A stretch of 51,160 bases of DNA from Gemmatimonadota bacterium (GTDB lineage Bacteria; Latescibacterota; UBA2968; UBA8231). The stretch is from assembly GCA_038128265.1 (NCBI GenBank), contig JAYPJE010000006.1:9252-60411 (forward strand), in the 5' to 3' direction. Positions 9,738 through 17,600 of this stretch are shown one piece after another. The notes beneath the pieces are model-generated. The model saw nothing but the letters and a program-made list of their open reading frames with translations, was not told the DNA's origin and ran no database searches. The translations under genes were made by a program, and so were the position numbers. The first letter of the stretch is position 1. Each line of letters opens with the position of its first letter.

Positions 9738-12221
9738 CTACTTTGCGCCTTTGCGCCGGATGCTCAGCGCAGTGCGCTTCGTTGGCGGTGAGCCTTTCGC
9801 TTTGCGCGCAGTCCGCGATGACACCCCTCCCTTTTTTGCCGCAGACTTGGACTTTGCCTTGGTCCGCTTTTTGGGGCCAAGCACGGCGCGCAGCACTTCG
9901 TCGATATGGTCGACCAGCACAAAGCGCAGCCGACGGCGAATTGTAGACGGCACTTCTTCTAAATCGACCTCGTTCTGCCGCGGCAACACGACGGTGCGTA
10001 TGCCCGCTCGCTGGGCTGCCAGCACTTTGTCGCGAATGCCGCCAACGGGCAATACGCGCCCGCGCAGCGTAATTTCGCCGGTCATAGCTACCTGGGCGTC
10101 GACGACGCGGCCCGTAAAGAGGGAAACCAGAGCGGCCGTCAGCGCAATCCCAGCGGACGGGCCTTCTTTTGGCGTAGCCCCGGCCGGCACGTGCAGATGC
10201 ACGTCCGATTCATCGATGAGACCGGCTGGAATCTTTAACGCATCGGCCTGGGCCCGCAGATAGCTCAGTGCCGCGCTCGCCGACTCTTTCATAACGTCAC
10301 CCAACTGCCCGGTCAGCAACAGGTTCTTGCGACCGGGCATGCGCGTGGCTTCGATAAGCAAAATTTCGCCGCCTGCGGCAGTAGCCGCTAGACCCGTCAC
10401 TACGCCAACGGCCGGCTCGCGACCGGCCATTTCGTGAAAAAAGGGCGCTGGCCCTAGTAATTTCTCCACGTCGTTGCGGCCTATATTGACGCGCCGCTTG
10501 CGCCCCTCGACAAACTGGCGTGCCACCTTGCGACTGAGTCCTCCCAACTGTCGTTCGAGATTGCGCAGACCGGCCTCCCGCGTGTAGTCGGCAATTAGGT
10601 GGTCGAGCGCCTCGTCTTGCAAACGCAGGTGCCGATCGCCAATGCCGTGCTCTTCGAGCTGGCGCGGCAGCAGGTGCCGGCGAGCGATCTCAGCCTTCTC
10701 CTCTGGGGTATAGCCGGGAATGGCAATTTCTTCCATTCGATCGCGCAGCGGCCCTGGCACGGGAGACAGCAAGTTGGCCGTCGTTATAAACATCACCTGT
10801 GACAGGTCAAACGGCACGTCCAAATAGTGGTCGACAAACGTGTCGTTTTGCTGGGGATCGAGCACCTCAAGCAGCGCGGCGGCCGGGTCGCCGCGAAAGT
10901 CTAAACCGAGCTTGTCGATCTCGTCGAGCATAAAGACTGGATTGTTGCTTCCAGCTTTGCGCAGGCCCTGGATCAGCCGCCCGGGCAGAGCACCGACATA
11001 GGTGCGGCGATGGCCGCGAATTTCCGATTCGTCGCGCACTCCTCCCAGCGAAATACGGGCAAATTGGCGTCCCAGCGCACGCGCAATCGAACGTCCCAAC
11101 GACGTCTTGCCCACGCCCGGGGGACCGACAAAGCAGAGGATCGGCCCCTTCATATCGCTGCGCAGGGCACGCACGGCCAGATATTCGAGAACGCGCTCTT
11201 TAACTTTGTCCAAGCCGTAGTGGTCCTCGTCGAGAATGCGTTCGGCCATGGCTAGGTCGAGGCGATCCTCGGTAGACGTTGACCAGGGCAATTCGACGAG
11301 CCAATCGAGATAGGTCCGCACTACGGAGTACTCGGGCGAGCTCTGCTGCATTTGCTGCATGCGATCGAGCTCGCGCTTGGCTGCTTCCAAGGCGTCGGGC
11401 GATAGCCCTGCCGACTCGACTCTGCCGCGCAGTTCATCGACCTCTGCCATCATCGGGTCGGATCCGCTGAGTTCTTTCTGGATTTGGCGCAGCTGTTCGC
11501 GCAGAAAAAACTCGCGCTGGGACTTGCCTAGCTTTTCCTGCACCTGCGTCTGAATGCGATTGCCGACTTCCAAGATTTCCACCTCGCGCGCCAGCAATTC
11601 CGTCAGATACTGGAGCCGCTCTTCTACATTGAGTGCCTCCAGCAGATGCTGATGTTCTACCAGCTGCAAGTCCAGATTCGATGCAACAAAATCGCAGAGC
11701 CGGCCGGGGTGATCGATATTGACGACCATCACCTGCAGTTCGTCTGGCAGGTGCGGCATCATCTTGACGATGGCCTGAAACTGGTGGAGAATCGTGCGAC
11801 TCATCGCCTGGACGGTCATGGACTGTTCGTCGCCCTCGTCGGCCAAGCTACGAACTGTAGCGCGCATGTAGGGCTCGTCGTGCATTACTTCGCCCAGCTC
11901 TGCGCGGTCGATGCCCTGCACAATCAGCCGCATGGAACCATCTGGCATCCGCCACACTTTGTGGATTTTAGCAATGGCACCAACGCCGTAGAGGTCGGTG
12001 CCAACTGGGCGCTCAACGTCTGGATCCCGCTGGGCAAATATGGCGATGAAATCGCCGTTGCCCGAAGCGGCTTCTACTGCCTGAATCGAATGGGCACGCG
12101 ATGCCGTTAGCTGCTGCGGCATATAGGGATATACCACGCTATTGCGCAGCTGTAAAACGGCCAGAGACTCGGGTATAGAAGAGTCTAACTGACCGTGCTC
12201 AGATGCATCGATTTCGCTCAC
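9738..12221 (-). CDS. lon: ATP-dependent Lon protease (LonA) with Lys/Arg-rich C-terminal tail
   Basis: LON N-domain, GPPGVGKTS, RGHRRTYVGALPG, catalytic PKEGPSAG and GGIRDK. GTG start at 12221 follows an AGGAGG SD. Confidence 0.97.
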   Translation of the reverse strand: MSEIDASEHGQLDSSIPESLAVLQLRNSVVYPYMPQQLTASRAHSIQAVEAASGNGDFIAIFAQRDPDVERPVGTDLYGVGAIAKIHKVWRMPDGSMRLIVQGIDRAELGEVMHDEPYMRATVRSLADEGDEQSMTVQAMSRTILHQFQAIVKMMPHLPDELQVMVVNIDHPGRLCDFVASNLDLQLVEHQHLLEALNVEERLQYLTELLAREVEILEVGNRIQTQVQEKLGKSQREFFLREQLRQIQKELSGSDPMMAEVDELRGRVESAGLSPDALEAAKRELDRMQQMQQSSPEYSVVRTYLDWLVELPWSTSTEDRLDLAMAERILDEDHYGLDKVKERVLEYLAVRALRSDMKGPILCFVGPPGVGKTSLGRSIARALGRQFARISLGGVRDESEIRGHRRTYVGALPGRLIQGLRKAGSNNPVFMLDEIDKLGLDFRGDPAAALLEVLDPQQNDTFVDHYLDVPFDLSQVMFITTANLLSPVPGPLRDRMEEIAIPGYTPEEKAEIARRHLLPRQLEEHGIGDRHLRLQDEALDHLIADYTREAGLRNLERQLGGLSRKVARQFVEGRKRRVNIGRNDVEKLLGPAPFFHEMAGREPAVGVVTGLAATAAGGEILLIEATRMPGRKNLLLTGQLGDVMKESASAALSYLRAQADALKIPAGLIDESDVHLHVPAGATPKEGPSAGIALTAALVSLFTGRVVDAQVAMTGEITLRGRVLPVGGIRDKVLAAQRAGIRTVVLPRQNEVDLEEVPSTIRRRLRFVLVDHIDEVLRAVLGPKKRTKAKSKSAAKKGGVSSRTARKAKGSPPTKRTALSIRRKGAK

Positions 12222-12298
12222 GTTGGCCCTCCTAAAGGCGGTATCCGATGCGACGGGGACGCAAAGGTGATCGTTGCAGAACGACAGCGCATCCACCT

Positions 12299-12327
12299 AG
12301 GGTAGACCCTCTCTAGGTACATGTCAA
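12299..12327 (-). promoter_or_regulatory. Putative sigma-70 promoter of lon-glnD, overlapped by inverted repeats
   Basis: Minus strand TTGACA(12327-12322)-N17-TACCCT(12304-12299); ACCTAG-N12-CTAGGT spans 12295-12318. Confidence 0.6.
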
Positions 12328-12585
12328 GATCCGGCGAATGTGCATTCTATACGCCTTAACCCACACTTTTTTGCAGCCCGTTTGCGCGTGCGCAGATATT
12401 GTCTACACTGCCCGCCTAGGCAGAGTCTAACAGAGCAATTTAGCGATGCATTCGCTACCAGGTGCCTGCGCTTTTTTCGACTGAACACCACCCGCTCACG
12501 CGCCAATTGACAATAGACCATGCGTTGTGTTTCGTATCTTGGTAGATACCGACACACGCTGCACCCGCAGCGTAGAAAGGCATAT

Positions 12586-13887
12586 TTGGGAGCGCTTTCC
12601 ACCGAAAAACACCGCGAACGCGCGCTGCTTGTAGGCGTCGCCTTACCCGACATACCGCTGTGGGATGCCGAAGATTCGCTGGACGAATTGAGCCGACTTA
12701 CCGATACGGCGCACCTGATCGAAGCCGGCCGCGTGCTGCAGGCGCGCGACCGCATCGATCCGACGTGCTACATAGGGAAGGGCAAAGTCGAGGAAGTAAA
12801 GGAGCTGGCCCGCGACCTACAGGCCGACATGCTCGTCTTTGACAACGAGCTATCACCGGCGCAAATGCGCAACCTGGAGAAGCGCACCGATATGCGCATT
12901 CTCGACCGCAGTGCGGTCATTCTCGACATCTTCGCCCGACACGCGCGCACGCGCACGGCGCAGGTTCAAGTCGAACTAGCGCAGCTCAACTACCTGCTTC
13001 CGCGCCTGACCCGCATGTGGACTCACCTTTCGCGCCAGGCCGGCGGCGGCGCCATACGCGGTATGGGTTCGGCCGGCGTGCGCGGCCCGGGTGAAACGCA
13101 GCTGGAAACAGATCGGCGCATGATCCGCCGGCAAATCAACGCGCTGCACGCCAAGCTAGAACGCATTGGCAAACAGATGGAAACCAGCCGTAAAGGGCGT
13201 TCGGATATGTTTAAAGTCGCTCTAGTAGGCTATACCAACGCCGGCAAATCAACCCTCATGCGCGCCCTGTCTGGCTCGGACGTGCTGGTGCAGGACCAGC
13301 TCTTCGCCACGCTCGACTCGACGACGCGCGCAGTGCAGATTGACGCGCGCCACAAAGTGCTTCTGACCGATACCGTCGGCTTTATCAAGCGTCTCCCGCA
13401 CCACCTCTTTGCCTCGTTCCGCGCCACGCTCGAAGAAGCAGTCGAAGCCGACCTGCTCCTACACGTAATCGACCTGAGCTTTCCGCACTACGAGTCGCAA
13501 ATGCACACGGTCGACGGCGTGCTGCGCGACCTCAAGCTCGAGGACCGACCAACGCTAAAAGTCTTCAACAAGATTGATCAGATTGCTCCCGGCGAAGAGG
13601 GCGATATCCTGCGCGCGCATGCCGACCGCGAAGACGCCGTGGCTATATCGGCCGCGCAGGGACTTGGGCTCGAGGCGCTGCGCGAGCGCATTCTTTCCCA
13701 CGGGCGCGTCCACTCCGTCGAACTCGACTTACAGGTGCCGCAGGCCGAAGGCCGACTGCTGGCCCAACTGCACAGCGAGGGGGAAATCATAGAGGAGCGC
13801 TACGAGGCCAACGACGTGCTGCTAAAGATCCGCCTGCAAAGAACGCAGGCCGAACGCTGGCAGTTGGAGCGCTTTGCCACAACCTAA
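12586..13887 (+). CDS. hflX: Ribosome-splitting GTPase HflX
   Basis: IGKGKVEE, ILDIFARHA, RGPGETQLETDRR, GYTNAGKST, FATLD, DTVGFI and NKID. TTG start at 12586 after GAAAGG is preferred over 12520. Confidence 0.96.
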   Translation: MGALSTEKHRERALLVGVALPDIPLWDAEDSLDELSRLTDTAHLIEAGRVLQARDRIDPTCYIGKGKVEEVKELARDLQADMLVFDNELSPAQMRNLEKRTDMRILDRSAVILDIFARHARTRTAQVQVELAQLNYLLPRLTRMWTHLSRQAGGGAIRGMGSAGVRGPGETQLETDRRMIRRQINALHAKLERIGKQMETSRKGRSDMFKVALVGYTNAGKSTLMRALSGSDVLVQDQLFATLDSTTRAVQIDARHKVLLTDTVGFIKRLPHHLFASFRATLEEAVEADLLLHVIDLSFPHYESQMHTVDGVLRDLKLEDRPTLKVFNKIDQIAPGEEGDILRAHADREDAVAISAAQGLGLEALRERILSHGRVHSVELDLQVPQAEGRLLAQLHSEGEIIEERYEANDVLLKIRLQRTQAERWQLERFATT

Positions 13888-13993
13888 TAGCACGTTCTGC
13901 CCGCCTTATTTTTTGGATTTTACTCCCATTGCGCTATGCCACTGTAGCGCGGAGCACTGCAGGACTCAAGTCGCCTATGGCGAATTTGTGCGG

Positions 13994-14587
13994 TTATGCA
14001 TCGAGATATCCGCGCACCACGGCTTCATCAATTAGCTTCTGTGCATAATCCCACAGCGCGGGGGCGCCGTCGCCAATATGCTCATTGCGCGCAATGACCT
14101 GTGCCTTTTTTACCCCATGCTTGCGCCAGGCGGCACCCTCCGTGTGAAAGTTGAGCAGCAGCGGCTGAAAGCGGTCGAGTGCGGCCGCATAGCGCGCCTC
14201 TGGCGTCTGCCGCGCCTCAAACTCGTCCCACAGCGCGCGCATGTCGACGTTCTGCGGATTGGGCAATAGGTTAAAGAGGCGATCGGCTGCGACCTGTTCG
14301 CGCTGCTCTTTGTCCGCGTTGGCCGCTTCGTCGTAGGCAAAGGTATCGCCGGCGTCGATCTCGACCATATCGTGGATTAGCAGCATCTTCAGCACGCGCA
14401 GCAGATCCAGCGACGGGTCGCATGCATGTTCGCATAGCAGCACGGCCATCAAACTCAAATGCCACGAATGCTCGGCGTCGTTTTCCGCTCGATAGTCACC
14501 CGGCAACAAGGTTTGGCGGAAAATCTGTTTTAGCCCTTCTGCTTCCAGTATAAATGCGAGCTGTTGGTCGAGATGTGCAGCCGCCAT
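13994..14587 (-). CDS. HD domain hydrolase (HD_3/YfbR-like 5'-deoxynucleotidase family)
   Basis: ENDAEHSWHL, LLIHDMVEIDAGD, LWDEFEA and ALDRFQP. Confidence 0.9.
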   Translation of the reverse strand: MAAAHLDQQLAFILEAEGLKQIFRQTLLPGDYRAENDAEHSWHLSLMAVLLCEHACDPSLDLLRVLKMLLIHDMVEIDAGDTFAYDEAANADKEQREQVAADRLFNLLPNPQNVDMRALWDEFEARQTPEARYAAALDRFQPLLLNFHTEGAAWRKHGVKKAQVIARNEHIGDGAPALWDYAQKLIDEAVVRGYLDA

Positions 14588-14637
14588 ACGAGCTCCTCGT
14601 CGAGTAATAAACTAAACTGCTGGCTCTTCGCCGCAGC

Positions 14638-17600
14638 CTATTTGACTAAGGTCATCTTGCCTACCTGTGCCATTTGCCCAACGCGCACGCGGTAGAAGTA
14701 AAGGCCCGATCCAACGGCACTTCCATGGCCGTCGCGCCCGTCCCACTCCACGCGATGATAGCCGGGCTTAATGGGCCCATCGACCAGCATGCGCACGCGC
14801 TGGCCCAGCGCATTAAATATCTCGACCGATGTAGGCACTGCTCTGCCGCCCGAGACAAAAGGCACGGCGAAGGGAATCATCGTCGATGGATTAAACGGGT
14901 TGGGATAGTTCTGTTGCAAGCTAAACTCCTCGGGTACGGCCAGGAGCATGGGATCTCCCAGCAGTTTGAGATGCACGCTCTCATAGGCCGCACTGACCAA
15001 GCGCCCGGCGCGCAATCGCAGCGATTGGGGAAAGCCATCTTCCTGCAGGCGCACGCTCAGGCGCAGTAATTCGCCCTCTCCGCTGGCGGCCCAGCGCTGA
15101 CCATAGCGCGATTGCGCCACCGCGATGCGGCCGTCTTCCACATCTACTCGCGCAAAGGCACCGCGCGGGTTGTCGCGAAATACGCTGCCCACCCGCGGCT
15201 CACCGACGAGCTGTAGGCTATTTTCATCGTAGCTCCACTCCATTTCAAAGGCACTCAAATCGACCAAGTTGCGGGCGACAAAAACCAGTTCAACCTCGTC
15301 GCCAAAGCGCCACTGCCCCGCGTAGTTAGGCGTCCGTATTTCCACGCCGGCCTGCGCTAGCGACCCGACGGCTCGTTTGAAAACGGGCGGCGCGCCAAAG
15401 CCCGTGCTGTTGCTGATATTCGACGTGGCCAGCGCCAAATCTTCTACGCCGACGCGGCTGTCGTTATTCATATCGGCCTGTTTGAAGTATGCTACAGCGC
15501 TGTTGGTTCCCCAGGCCGCATCAATGGCATTGACGTCGTCTTCGTCGACTTCGTTGTCGCCGGTAACGTCCCCACCTTTGAGCATGCGACCATTTTGCGC
15601 GAGTAAGAACGACCGGTCACCGCGCACGTCGGATGCGTAGAACCCCAGGCTGGAACCCATCGTCAGCACTTCACCGCTGCGAATGAGCAGCGTATCCGAC
15701 CGGCCGCTCAAATGACTGGTATCCTTTACGGTCAGCACATAGCGGCCAGATGGGATATGGGTGAGTGAAAAATCGCCGGTTGAAGCAGTCTGTACTTCGA
15801 CGGTATCGGCACTGGTTGCATCGGCGTCGTTGGCGGCGCGAAATGTAGCATCCGCTATATCGACGGTGCTGCCCGGCCTGCGTAGATGAACGTCGAGCAA
15901 TGTCGCGTGATTTCCATCGCCCAGCGCACGCCCCTCTAGCATGACGGTGGCACGCAGCGTACCGCGCGCTACGGAGCGGATCTGCGCACTCTGCACCGAT
16001 AGCCCACTGCTCTGCTTGATAGCAGCCGATGCCCCGCTGACGCTGAGCGCCGCTTCCGCACCAAAAGGCAGCATATGCGTATTGCTGAAGTCGCTCTTCA
16101 ACACGACCTGAAAGCGCGCTAGCGGCTTTTGCGTCTGCGTCGAGCCGACGATTTCACCGCCCGCTTTGTTTTTTGTAAAGCGCAGCTTGCCGCTCGAAAA
16201 CGCGTTCTCCGCAATCGTGCCGCCGACAAAAATTTCACCTCGGTCGGTAAAGGGCGTACCGCTATTTAGTACGGTGTAGAGGCTGGCATCGACATCAATC
16301 ACGGCGCTAATCGACTCAACCGACTCGCCGCTGGACTGTACGACCACATCAAACGTCAGCGTATCGCCCGCTGCCGCTACCACTTTGTTGGGGCTAAGCG
16401 AAAGCTGCGGCGTCGTGCCGCTGCTCACGCCGACCACCAGTGGATTAGACGACTTGCTCAGGCGCCCTACCGCATTGTTGGCAAAGGTCGGATCGGCGCT
16501 TATGCCGGCGTAGATGGAAAACGAACCCTCTGCCATGGAAAAGCTGGCCGTGTTCGTATCCCAGTTGAACGCATCGTCCGTGCTTTCGCGCAGATTGGTT
16601 ATCGTGCCACCCGCCGTGCCGTCGGAGCTGTTGATAATAAAGACGTCATTGCCCCCGTTAACTAGATCACTCTCGATTTCCTGTAGCGTAGTGTGGGTCG
16701 AATTAGAAGCGGCATAGAGGCGTATATAGGCGTCGTCCGTGCCCGAACCATCGTCGACCAAATAGTCTTCCCACTCGAGGCGCACGATATCGCCGCGACT
16801 GATATCGGGCAAGCGCGTTTTGAGCAAAACAAAGGGGTTGTGCGTCCAGATCAGCGAACCACCGCGAGTAACCGTCGTATTGGTGCCATCGCTAATCTGC
16901 GCATAGATCCACACGCGCTGGCCGCTCTTGGGCAGCGCATTGGGTGGATTGCGCAAATCCCACACATACATATCGGCCGGGCCATCGCTGTCTTCGGTCA
17001 ACCCGCTGACAATCAGCTTAGTATCGCCGTCGCTCGTTAACGATGTTGGCGACGCACCCGAGGCCGTTGCGTGGTCGGTAACGGCCGGATCGTCTGTCGT
17101 GAAGTAGAGCGCGATCGAGGCGTTGTTATCCAGGTCGTTGTCACCCGGTCCCTTTTGCCATTGGATGGTGTAGATCGGCTGCGATCCCGAATCGATGCTG
17201 CGCTGCGTATCAACCGCTGGTTCGTAAAAGGTGAACGAAGGCGAGTGGCGCACAACCAGTGGAACGCTGCTCTGACCCACGGTCGTCGTAATCGAATCCG
17301 TGGCGACGGCATAGATATAGTAGGCTCCCTGCGCCACGAGCGGCGATGTGATATCCCAGCGAAACTCCTTCTCGTGCGCCGTCAGCGTAGTTGAAGCCGT
17401 GATGGCCGTGGCACGCGTGCCGGCAATGCTCTTGCCCAGCACAAAGGTGTTGTTGGGATAGTTTCCCCGCACCGAAACCGAGGCCAACCCGCTGGCCGAA
17501 GAGTAAAATAGCTGTACGCGTGCTTCGCTGTCGTAGTCGACTACGCTCAGATCGAGGTCGTAGGGATTCGCTTTCAAACCCGTGCGCACGCCGGTGTCTA

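Noticed and set aside
12222..12585. ncRNA/riboswitch or CIRCE/HAIR element in the lon-hflX spacer; hflX promoter at TTGACA 12507
   Set aside because: No recognisable RNA family or heat-shock consensus; the TTGACA lacks a correctly spaced -10 (TATCTT is 22 nt away).
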